NCBI GenBank assembly: GCA_965235115.1
Contig: OZ249438.1
Location: forward strand, 27,838,001 to 27,902,000
Direction: 5' to 3'
Length of the DNA: 64,000 bases
Source of the DNA: Laetmonice hystrix
Lineage: Eukaryota
Positions 39,101 through 51,100 of this stretch are shown piece after piece (positions within the stretch are counted from its first letter, which is position 1; each line of letters begins with the position of its first letter). The translations under genes were made by a program, and so were the position numbers. The notes below the pieces were generated by a model. It was not told where the DNA came from, searched no databases, and saw nothing but the letters and a program-made list of their open reading frames with translations.

Positions 39101-42100
39101 ATGTACATTTTAATGGTACCATATTAAAAGTAGCACGAGTCGAGGTTAGGCATATTTCCTTCCAGTATCGCCAACTGAAATGCAATGAGACACAATATGA
39201 AAGGTTCACGTCTTAAACTCAGACGTGGGTGACCCCTGGTGGTTCACATAGGTACCAATCATATCCTACAGGGGCGCCACCTGATGGCAACAATAAACGT
39301 TCCTCAAGTTCCGACAGTAAACTGAAGCCAACTTTTGTCTGACCCGCGTCTGGGTCTGAGACTAACCGGGTCCGTGTCCTATAGCAAGCAGAATGGAAGG
39401 TATCAAGCATTAGTAGCTGAAAGAAACATTGAGTTTTAGTTAGACGATTTGTTTACTCTGTTGTCCGTGTACTGACCTTCATGGCGCCTGATTCTGGCAT
39501 GTCGGGATCTGGGTAGGCCTTGATAAACTGTGCCACGTACGTCATCACCGACTTCTCGTCTGGTTTCTCTACGTCAACGTCTGCCAGTGCGGAGGGGGAG
39601 AAAATGAGAGTGTCAGACATTTTTACAATGGCTGTAAATCCCCCCCCCCCCCACCCCCTTCAATTTGATCAACCTCGACCAGTATGTGACACTAACATGG
39701 TGAATCAGTGATGTATAACCCATTCAGAACAAATTAATCCATTCCCAATCAACAACTCTATTATGATTGAACCATAATTCTTCACCTAGAAACAGACTCC
39801 ATGCAATTAAATATTATGTTGGCTTATTGATTGCCGGCGGCTGTAGATTGTATGATTTGGTCAGGGTATGGAGGTAGCTCACCTTCAGGATCGAGAAGTC
39901 TCGGTATCCCGAGCTGTGTCTCGGCGGTAGTGAAGGCATTCTCAAGGTTAACTCGGTTAGAATTATGTGGCAGTCTCTCCAAGTCCATCAACTCGGGCCG
40001 GATGTTGTTAATGATGGCACTAAACGCATGACCATCTCGCCAGCTTTTGCCGAAATCTGTCACTTCCACACCGAAACGTCTGACAAAAGGAGAGAGACAA
40101 GGAAATTAGCACCACAAATTAACAAAATAACCTATAACACTTCTTTTATTCAAAGACATCATACGCTGCATAAGCGTTCCATACCAAATTAAACAATGGG
40201 GCACATCAATCAATTTGCCTATTTTTGAGCTCAATCTAATTATTACAATCAAAACAAATGCCTGTTTACTATTGGCCGGTTGCAATATCTTTGTCTAACT
40301 TGACCGTGATATTTTCACGGCCTCAATTTTGTGTTACCTTTCATTAAGGTTCAAACTTTTCTTTACTAAGTGAGCAGTAACCAAAACCACGATTGAGTCC
40401 TAGACATAAGTTGAAAGGACGAGTTCCGAGCAGCAGTCTCACGGGAGTGGAATGTATTCGGTTCTCGCCAGTGCCAATTCCACAGCTACTCCTATCAATA
40501 TTTGATTACTGCAGCCCCGAGACATGTTGTTAAATTAAGACCAACTGTAAACAAAGGGCCGACCATTATACCCTGAGCTATGGCCAAAATAAAACACTCT
40601 AATTACTTGTCAGCCATCGTACCCTGAATGGGCGGCACAAGATTGGGACAATTTCTAAAGCTGACGTAAGAAAAGGTGAAGAAGGAGATCGAGGCAGAAT
40701 TACGCAGGGGTTCATGTGAGGAAGGAAACGAAAAACATACTTTCGAGCAAGCTATGATCAAAACCTCGAGACAACACTAGTATTGGCGAAAATCACATAT
40801 AACATATTCTATTTAAATTTAAGAAGTGGTATTAATTCTACTATCTGTTACGTTTATGAACGTAACATTATTGCCCCTCCACTCAAATATTTGATGCGCA
40901 TATCCATTGAAAGCTAGTCGTTTCTCCCCAGCAATATCGACACTAACTGCCGTGGAATGATCCAGAAGGTCTCTATATATGAACCTTGTCCTCAGTACTG
41001 GGTCAGACGAGTCAGGCAACAGGTTTCAACTTGTAACAAGAGCTCCCCTCCCTAGGCTAGTAAACTTGTCAGGAATCAATCTTAAGCGACTTTTCACACA
41101 CACTACTAACTACCTCCGGAGTTACTGAGAGAAACCTCTCCAATACCGCCGGCAAATATTTGCAATCCGTGCCGTGAATGAAGGAGCGCCCACACAAAAT
41201 ACGTACTAGTCTAGTACATAAGCTTTACTTTACACACTGTTCCTCGATTATACCCAAGTTACTGAGGCAAACACCTGTTTCAGGTGAATCTGTTAAAACA
41301 CAAATTTCTCCAGTTCGCTTATCCAATCTTTAACCACTGAATACCAAGATACTAAATACCAAGAGGTCTACCGAGGGGAGAGACCTTTAATTTTGGCTTG
41401 GCTACTCGGTACATAGTATACAATTCTTGCACCCTCCCAACTGAAATAAACTCAGGCTTGGCTACTCGGTACATAGTATACAATTCTTGCACCCTCCAAA
41501 CTGAAATAAACTCAAAATTAATTGTTTGGAAAGGTTTGGCGGAGGAGAGGAAGGTATGACGGGCTTACTGATAGATCATGTTTAGTAGGTCCTGCTTGGT
41601 TGGCTCTGTAGCCTTTGACACCTGGATGTCTGGGTGGTCCACTGGCTGCAATCCCGCCGCCAAGGGGCAGTCCGCCATTAGGCCGTCCACCAGGGGCGCT
41701 GGGGAGATAGGTTGGAAGGCCCCGGACCCATGTGGGTGGTAGGAGGCCGGGGTGGCGGTTCCCATTGGTCGTCTGACCATCATGACGTCATCACGGCTGG
41801 AAGGTAGCCGCCGCTGTCTGCGCGGGCTGCGGGCGCCCCCTACTGGTGTTCCTTGGCGGTCCTCCTTGTGATGTTTTGAGCCGGTTGTGACGTCCATGTC
41901 CACGTCACTGTCTGCGTCCACCTCCATACTGCTGTCATGGCGGCGGTATGATTCAGGAGATTGGACGTCACGGGGAGAGGGGGTCTTCCCTCGGCGGCTA
42001 CGGGAACTTGACGAAAAGCTCGTGTCGGCGTTGGGGTCAAGTTGTTTCCTCAGCTCCCTAACCTCATGGATCATGTACTTCAACATCTTTTTCTTGTCGG

Positions 42101-45100
42101 ATTTCTTGCCTTCCCGTGCGCTCCCAGGGCGGGAACCCGTACCGCTCCCATCATCCGGGTCGTGGGATCGTTTGGAGGCCCGGGAGGGGGAGGGGGAGGG
42201 GGTTCCCTCCCGGCCATGTGCAGGGCAGGAGACCACCACGGACGGTGGCGAGTCCCCCTGGCGGTCATCACGTGTACCACGCTGTCTCGTGTCCGGATGA
42301 CGTGGAGACCGGTAGCAGACGGGGAGGTCGCCAGGCGAGCGGCCACGTCTATCCCGATGTCTGATCTCCTCCTTCCTGCTCCAGTCGGTGGGGCACGGAG
42401 ACCGGCGGACGTCCACGCTACTCCTACTCCGAGGTACACTCACTGGTCCGCCATCGTCCCTGAATACATGCTCCGAGAACAGGCAGGCTGAGCTAGGTCT
42501 CTTCACACGTCTCTCCTTCCTCTCTCCCTTCCTCTCCCTCTCCTTCCCCTCTGGGTTCCTCTTTCTGGGCCGGGTCTCTCCTAACGCACTCTTTGGTCGC
42601 TTGGTTTTCACAGATTTCTCTGAGGATACGGGAGATGGTGGAAGGCGGGCCTCCTCAGCGTCTGAGGTAAGGGTTGACATGCTGTGAGCCTTAGCAGTCA
42701 TCAGAAGCGTCCAAGTCTGTGAGCCCAGAGATCGCGAAGATCTGCCCATCCCGTCTGGACTCAGGTCTGAGATCCCAAACTCAGGCTGAGACGACATGTT
42801 GGGGGCTATATGATGTCAACTATCACAGCTGTAGCAGTTTTATCACACAATTTTCTTATCACACGATTGAATTTTCTCAAACAAAATGTCATCACATGGA
42901 ACCACGCAAAAAATCTTGTAACATAATCTCAATTATATCCATCTGCAATAGGGTTGGATCACGCTTTCAACAGGCGAGGTGCAATAAAACCGTTCAAGAA
43001 AAGTATCTGATGAAAACAAGTATCTATCACAGTCTGATGAGATTTCCGTGGGTTGTGTTCATCAAGGTCACTGGAGCTGCAGCCATGCCCATGCCCATGC
43101 TCAGAGACCTCTACCGGTGAAACCTTACATCGCCGGTCAACTCATGCCGACCACCACAGTCAACCTCCACCGCTCACTGTCCTTGTCCATCAGACAGCTC
43201 TGTCTCATCCTCTATCTCAGCCGCTGACAGCTCTGTCTCATCCTCTACCTCAGCCGCTGACAGCTCTGTCTTATCCTCTACTTCAGCCGCTGACAGCTCT
43301 GTCTCATCCTCTACCTCAGCCGCTGACAGCTGTGTCTCATCCTCTACCTCAGCCGCTGACAGCTCTGTCTCATCCTCTACCTCAGCCGCTGACAGCTCTG
43401 TCTTATCCTCTACCTCAGCCGCTGACAGCTCTGTCTCATCCTCTACCTCAGCCGTTGACAGCTCTGTCTCATCCTCTACCTCAGCCGCTGACAGCTCTGT
43501 CTCATCCTCTACCTCAGCCGCTGACAGCTCTGTCTTATCCTCTACCTCAGCCGCTGACAGCTCTGTCTCATCCTCTACCTCAGCCGCAGCAGACAGTCAC
43601 ACGTCTCACACATAACTCGCAAAGTTTCCTTAACAGCTACAAAAACAGTTCTAGTCGGGTGAAATGTGCGCTGTGGACCAGAGACCGTGAGGGACCAACG
43701 TTCATTGAGGTGGCACTGGATCCAAGGCGGCATCAGGTCATGGGTCACGTGCTATATGTAGGTCAGGGTGCACGTGGTCATTTGACGTAGATCTGAGTCA
43801 GATTAACGTGAAGATTCCACTGTCGGCCGGGTGTCCACGGTAGATAATACCGTGGCACGAGTGTGATTTATAGTACTGACCCAAGTACAAGAGAATGTAA
43901 CCTCCCCCTTGTAGACAATGATTCCTGGACTCAGACTTATCTCTGTCCGCTCAGACCGAACCAAGCGTCCATGTCAACATTTCTTCTGGAGAAATAAACT
44001 GGACAGATCTAGCCGAGTTTCTTCAGCCAGGCCTGGGATCCTTTATAAACACTAACACGGTCACGAAGACCAGTCATTCCGAACTGAATGCCAAGTACCG
44101 AGCCTCCATACAGAGCTGGCCATCCACAGAGTCCATGTTATTTGCTTACAGAAGTCTGAGACCAGTTGTTGAGGCGTACATGGCAGGTATAACACCAGAT
44201 CCTACGACCCGATACTGTGACCAAGAGACGTGAGTGCCTGGCTGACCGGGAGGTCTACTGCTGCTGACATTGTTAGTGTTGGTCTAATCCAATGGCGCCA
44301 AGACTTGACTTGATCAAGTCTGAACAGGTGTTAACTTCCTACCGCCCATTACCATGTCGGTACCACCTCCCACCCTCTCCTCTCGGTCCTCGCTCAATCA
44401 ATGACCTCTGGGTCAGAATATAAAAACCTTTCCGTCCTCACGTTAAACCAGATGATCTAAGGATCGAGCCGGCAGGTTGGACTTGTAGATCAACTCGGAT
44501 CCACCGTCAGATCTGCCCGACTCTGGCCTCATTCCGGTGCCAACTTGTTACACAATCCTGAACCACTCAACAGACCAACTCAAGTCTTTCTCACTCCAAA
44601 GGCAGTGTGTTGACACAACACACCGAGTTTCACAACTTTCAAATCCTGTCGGTAGAATTTCTGCGGATTGATCAAGGACACCTGACGATCGCGTCTGTCT
44701 TGGAATCACTTTGAAGAGATTATTCATGATAACAGATTGAGAATTTCCAGATCAAACTCTAGTACTCCACTGATCTCTCTTCAGTACTACCTGAAGCATT
44801 CCTGTGTCCTTTGCTGTCCATTCTGAATCGGTTTGTTTGGAAAACAAAAGTTTAAAGTGAGGAAAACTAAAACGCTCAGATCTTACCTGGCGTTCGGTCC
44901 CCGACGTCAGCGTCTCTCATTATGAACGCCAGACGGTGACCACTCTCTTTTCATTTTAACACGAAAATCAATAACTAAAAACCGATAACTCAGTGTGTCC
45001 CTGCTCTGACTGGAAGCTCCTCATGTAATGAATGACCTGCCCCTCCCCCCCCCCCCCCACATGGTCTCCCCCCTACCCTCATTCGAGAAAAATCCAGATT

Positions 45101-48100
45101 TACTACGACGTACGTTACAATATATCATGATATAGAGACGGGAGATGACAAAGATGGTTTGGGAAGGATTGGTGTCCGGTACGAGGACAGAAGCTCTCAG
45201 TGAGATTATAACGGTTTGTAGAAGGTCTGATTGCCAGAGAGGCTTTCATATCCCTGGCCCAATGATATCAGGGATCCCGTGCCCTCTGACCTCTCGGGTC
45301 AATCCTGGCCTGCTCCCGTCCCCGCCTTGAGTATAAAATGATGGCACTGGTCGTAAACTACGGTACTGAACCAACATGGTACGCCTTTATCTTGGTCAAC
45401 TTTTTCTTCTGGTTTCTAATAAAAAAAAACATTTCACGCTCTCTAGCATTACTACCGCGTAACACGTGTTCATAAGGCATTACGACTCTAAGATAAGGAC
45501 AATAAACACGGTTCTTAAAGATATGTAGTTCCTTTTTATTTGGTAGGTAGAAATTCACGCGTGTTTTGCGAGTCCCCAGTCGTTCAATGTGGTTTTTATA
45601 GTGTTGTTCCGTGTGTGCAGTGTCTCCCCACGCTAAGGTAGGGGGCGCTGTAGTGCAATAAGAAGCGCCGGTAGCGCCACCTAGCGTCGGACGCTGCGTC
45701 ATGCCAGAAGACGCAGGTGGCGTGTTGGGGCATGATCCGGGCCCCAATCACACAATGCGAGACGAATTCAATTAACTCTAACAATAGATGGAGTTACAAC
45801 TGCCAATAAAAATCCCTACAAATACCGTCTGTACACTTGGTATAGGCAACAACTGCGTCGAAGTTAATCCATCCCTCAGTGAGCACTTATGGATTCAACA
45901 ACAAATCCAATTTGAGAGTTATTTTAATTCTGTCACTCACAGCTATAAATGGACGTCAAAACCACATATCAAAAAGAACGTCCTCATTATAAGATTTCCA
46001 CGGTCACGCCAAGCTGGCGAACTGGTTCTCCTGATCCCACTTCCAAGGGATCAGATCCAGCTGGCCAGTATCACATATACTTGCCATCGTGTTTGTGTCA
46101 ATCACGATTTTACTGTCGGAATGACTAATGTAGCATTAAGTAATTCTGATGTACAGACTTCCCTGGGTTGTTCCACTAAACACACATTCCATGTTCTTCT
46201 TGATATTCTTCGATAATGTACTGTTGATTTTTTAAGAATCATTTTTTCGAATATGCAGCTGAAATTGGCAAGATATTTGTTCTTGTTTTAAACCTTGTGA
46301 ATACTCGGCTACCTTGGAGACGTTCTAACTACTGATGGACGTAGGCTCAGTGGTCACCCCAGGCAGTTGTTTACCACAGTACAATAGAGTAGAGGCATGT
46401 TGTTCCAATACACCAATCAATAGTGACCTGGGGCGAGGGTTGGCGATTACGTCATAGCCACCATCGATAACCATGAACGCCCACGTAAATCTGGGGTTGG
46501 TTGGAGTGAAGGAGGAATGTCCTTACTGCAGGGCTTTCAATCTAATCCGGCAGCCGGTGGCTCCCCGTCTACAGGTACAACCTTCGCCAGCTACGTGAAC
46601 TCAGCTCACCAAACAAATTGACAGGTTTTTGCCATGATGCAAAAATCACAAGGTCATATGCTCAACATGGCATAAAATCTTGTTAGTAATTACTCAACAA
46701 AGTGATGGCGCCTGACTCTTTAGCCAAATCCCCGTCTAATCAAAAACAATTTAAAAGCCCTGTTAACTGAAACGTACCATTATATTAGAGTAACTTTTCA
46801 GAAGTGTGACTGACAAATATAGAAACTTAAATATAGTCTACAATGTCAATAATATTCTTCTATTTTGAATAAACGGCATGTCTAACTCTGCTGGTCACTT
46901 CATGTCGTTTATGTGGTCGTGGCTGACTGACCAACCACAGCAGGTCCGGCAATCTCTGCGCCAGTTGTCGCCTATTTACCTGGCAACCACCCCGGCCCGT
47001 GCTGGACGGGCGCTGGCAGCGAGCGGCTGGAGGCGGCGGGCTCTGCCGTCACTGAGGGCAGACGTCGGGAGTGGTGGGGGTGGGGGCGGGGTGGGGCCGC
47101 TACCTGCTCCCAAACAACCAATCAGCGCAACCAGCGGCTCAGTGATTAACAAACCCACATTCAGACTTGGCATTTACAGTTAGCGGCCTATGTCCGAGCT
47201 ATCACACCTCCGCCGGGGTTGCTACAGTATATCGTTGTCAACCGCGGTGTCAAGCGACTCCTCAGCCTTATAAACCGAGTGCTGTGTCTACCTGACAGCA
47301 GGAGATCACACGACCAGACCACTTCCCACGACTTCCAGCACGACTCCCACAATCAACCCGGGAACACGAGCAAACACAGGGTCACTCCTTCTGTCGTGGC
47401 TTTTGGTAAAAAACATTGAAAGTCGGAGATTTTGGATTCCATAGTGTTGTTCTGTACACACCGACTAACACCCGGTCAACATGAGTACCCAGGTGAGGAA
47501 AGTCGCCAAGACGAAGCGCCAGGCCCTGACAAAGCAAGCCGAGTTCCTGGTGAAGAAGTACCGCTTCCAGAAAGACGAAAACGAGAAACTTCTCAACCTG
47601 TTCAGTCGGGAAACCAAGGGTAAGAACAAGATGGACCGTAACACGTTCCGTAACGTGCTCCACAACTGTTTCGACATGACAGACGACATCATCATGGACC
47701 GTGTGTTCAAGGCGTTCGACAAGGACAACGACTCCCAGATCAGCGCCGAGGAGTGGATCCGCGGAATGTGTATCTTTCTGAGGGGGACGTTTGACGAGCG
47801 GATCACCTTCTGTTTCGACGTGTATGACATGAACAGTGACGGCTACATATCCCGGGAAGAGATGTTTCACCTGCTCAAACTGTGTATTATCAAACAGACC
47901 GGGGATGAGGACCCAGACGAGGGGATCAAGGAACTAGTTGAGATCGCGTTGAAGAAAGCTGACCAGGACCACGATAACCGAGTATCGTTCGCCGACTACC
48001 AGACCACGTGTCGTCAGGAATCTCTCCTCCTAGAGTTTCTCGGGCAGTGTCTGCCAACTGAAGTGAAGGTGGATGCCTTCGAGTGTCTGCTGAGAGGGGA

Positions 48101-51100
48101 CCCTGATGCCCTCTACCAGAGCGCCAGGCAGGACTGTGAGCAACAGAGCCCCGAGACGGACTGATCAGGGCATTATTTGTGAACATCTTCCTACAAATAG
48201 GTTATCATTTGTGTACTGTATACGGAAGCTGGAAATACAGAAACGTTACATGTATTTTATTGAGATTGATTCTTACACATACTATATGCTTATAATAAAT
48301 GTCTGGACCGTGACATGTGGTTGTACCATTGAACTTGTGGATATTTGTGATCATTCCTGGAATGTATGCCAACAATCGCCAAATTTACGAAATCAAGCCA
48401 GCGTTGTACCAGCTACCAAGGGCGTGTCTATCTATAGGAACATAAGGTAATATAACGGTGAACCTTGCTAAAACACTGCTGATCTATCCCTTAGCCCCCA
48501 CTCCACAGTGGACAAACATGGAATGTTATTCCAGTCATTATCAATCCATCTCTGATGATTATCTATGATAAATATTTGATATCAACTTTGTTCGGTTTAT
48601 CTAAGCTCAGCAAATCTGAGCTCCTTTCCCGTTGCTACGTACACGGACATGTAGAGGTGCACAATAACAAGGTTTCTACAACCAACAATTCCAAGGCAAT
48701 CATCGGCTTATCTTGCCATTAACATTTTTTCCTGGTCAATCCGTTTAGTATGCTCCTTAACCCGGTGTGTGTAGGTCATACCATCAGACAAGACTTACAC
48801 CAGATATTTGCAGAAAAAAAGTGGTAAAATGTCAGTTTTAAGTTATGTACGGATATATCATTTATAAATAAATTGAGATGGCTAATATATGAACCTATCA
48901 TTTCGATGTTGTTTTATATTTGATATTTACCCAGTTAGACCCCACAGGTAATCTACTGTAATATCGCTATCGCTTACAAAGATTTACCGGTACTTGTTTC
49001 TTGGATAACGCCCCCCCCCCCCCCCCAATATGTATCACATATTGTAACTTGAGCTTCGTCTAATTTGAAGTTTTACTCGAAAGTCACGGGTTAAAGGGGT
49101 AATCGCTTTCTGTCTTATCATCACTGGCGAAATTTCCTTGAATTCGAAAAAGAAACAAGACTGATAAATTTGTCTTGAATTTCTCATGGACCCCCATCTG
49201 ACCGAATGCACTCTGTGGCACTGTGGACACAATGTGGCAGGTTTGCCGACTCTAATTTGGCTGCCGTTTGTTCGTCGGTTACCGAGACTAATCCACCATA
49301 ACAAAAAGTCAATCCTGACTGAGTTTGAAGGTGACAAACTTGGCGGCCAGTACTTGACATACGTTTGGAGGCTGTGGCTGAGACGCTGAGTCCATACCGA
49401 CTGTCGAGAACCATTATATACGACCGGCAAACCACCACTTGGTGGCGCTGTTACTCTAAGTACTAGTTTTACTGTGTTCTCCGGCCAACTTAAAAAAACA
49501 ACTTCTTAAAGGGGAACGGTAGGACCTACTGACCGTTCGAGGGTAATAAACCACTGTCGAAGGGCCAGCCCGCTGAGAGAGGGCTCATTACAAACTTATT
49601 ATGCTCCTCCTACTGAATGATGCGTTAGATCACATGACCACGTACTGGTAAATTCAAACTGGCAAACACACAGACCGGGAATCTGAACATAGATTTTCTG
49701 TCAAATATTTCAGAAAAATTAAAGGTTGATTTTTATGTCAAGTGCATATTCTTGGTCCCTGTATCTTCTTCATTTAATAGAACAGTTTTGAAGTGTATCT
49801 ATGTTCTGTTTCTGGTTATTTCGAAAACATCTGAAAAAAAGGGGTGGAGACCTGTCCCATTTCAAATCTGTTGGGCTACTGGGGCAGGTGTATGTTGGTC
49901 CGAAATCCTGTCTCTGTCCATCCTAAGATACATCACAGGTGTCATAAAATCTCATCAAGTTACGAAACCAGCATGGTAATCAGGAACCCTACTGCCTTAC
50001 AACAAATCTAATTACTCGACTACTTTCTCCACTGGGTACGGTCTGGTCTGGTACGATCAGTTAGACCGCCTCAGTATGAACCAATGGTCAGTTGGCGGCC
50101 GTGCCGCATACAGAGTACCGGTGGGGTAGTGCCTGTGATGGTCGGTTGGCGGCCGTGCCGCATACAGAGTACCGGTGGGGTAGTGCCTGTGATGGTCGGT
50201 TGGCGGTCGTGCCGGATACAGAGTACCGGTGGGGTAGTGCCTGTGATGGTCAGTTGGCGGCCGTGCCGCATACAGAGTACCGGTGGGGTAGTGCCTGTGA
50301 TGGTCGGTTGGCGGCCGTGCCGGATACAGAGTACCGGTGGGGTAGTGCCTGTGATGGTCGGTTGGCGGCCGTACCGCATACAGATTACCGGTGGGGTAGT
50401 GCCTGTGATGGTCGGTTGGCGGCCGTGCCGGATACAGAGTACCGGTGGGGTAGTGCCTGTGATGGTCGGTTGGCGGCCGTGCCGGATACAGAGTACCGGT
50501 GGGGTAGTGCCTGTGATGGTCGGTTGGCGTGGTTAGAGACACGGCCGGCTTCGTGCCAAATCGGTCCTCCAGGAGCTTCTCCTACTCTCGTCCCCTCAAT
50601 TCTTAATGACGGAGAGCCCCCCCCCCCCCCGCCCCCTCCTCCTGCCCCGGCCTACATGAACCTTTGCCAGCCTCACGTGTTCTTACGGCAGCAGGAGGAC
50701 TCTGAGGTCTGCAGCAACACACCCACCGCCTGACAAATGTCCTAATTCATCCAATAAAAGTCTACAGCTCCCACAAATTATAAACTGGGGGTTTGGATGC
50801 GCCCTGGAAGTTCTAGGTTTTTACATCAGTGGCAGATACCATAGAAAATGTTGTACTGTCCAGAACTACATCTGACAACAGTGACACACGCTCTGTCCCA
50901 GACATGTCGCCCACACTGCTGCAGGAGGTACTACATTAGTAATAAATGCTTTACCCGTGCTGTGTGACGGAAGTCCTCTATATCTCACTCCGTACGTACT
51001 CTGCCTGTTAATAACAGGACCAATGTATCTAAGTTCTATAATATAAAGTCCCAATCATTCTGATCTCACACGAGTCGTATCTCAGAGTCCTGCATGATTC

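Noticed and set aside
43053-43790. 245-aa plus ORF (LSHPLPQPLTA)n and a minus frame reading (EDETELSAAEV)n
   Set aside because: Both come from the 33-bp minisatellite; the minus frame has no start or acceptor and is bounded by stops
46878-47183. 101-aa plus ORF upstream of calaxin
   Set aside because: Low-complexity translation of the GC-rich promoter; no link to the calaxin frame
50057-50733. ORFs of 100-213 aa in several frames
   Set aside because: 54-bp minisatellite open in most frames; not coding evidence
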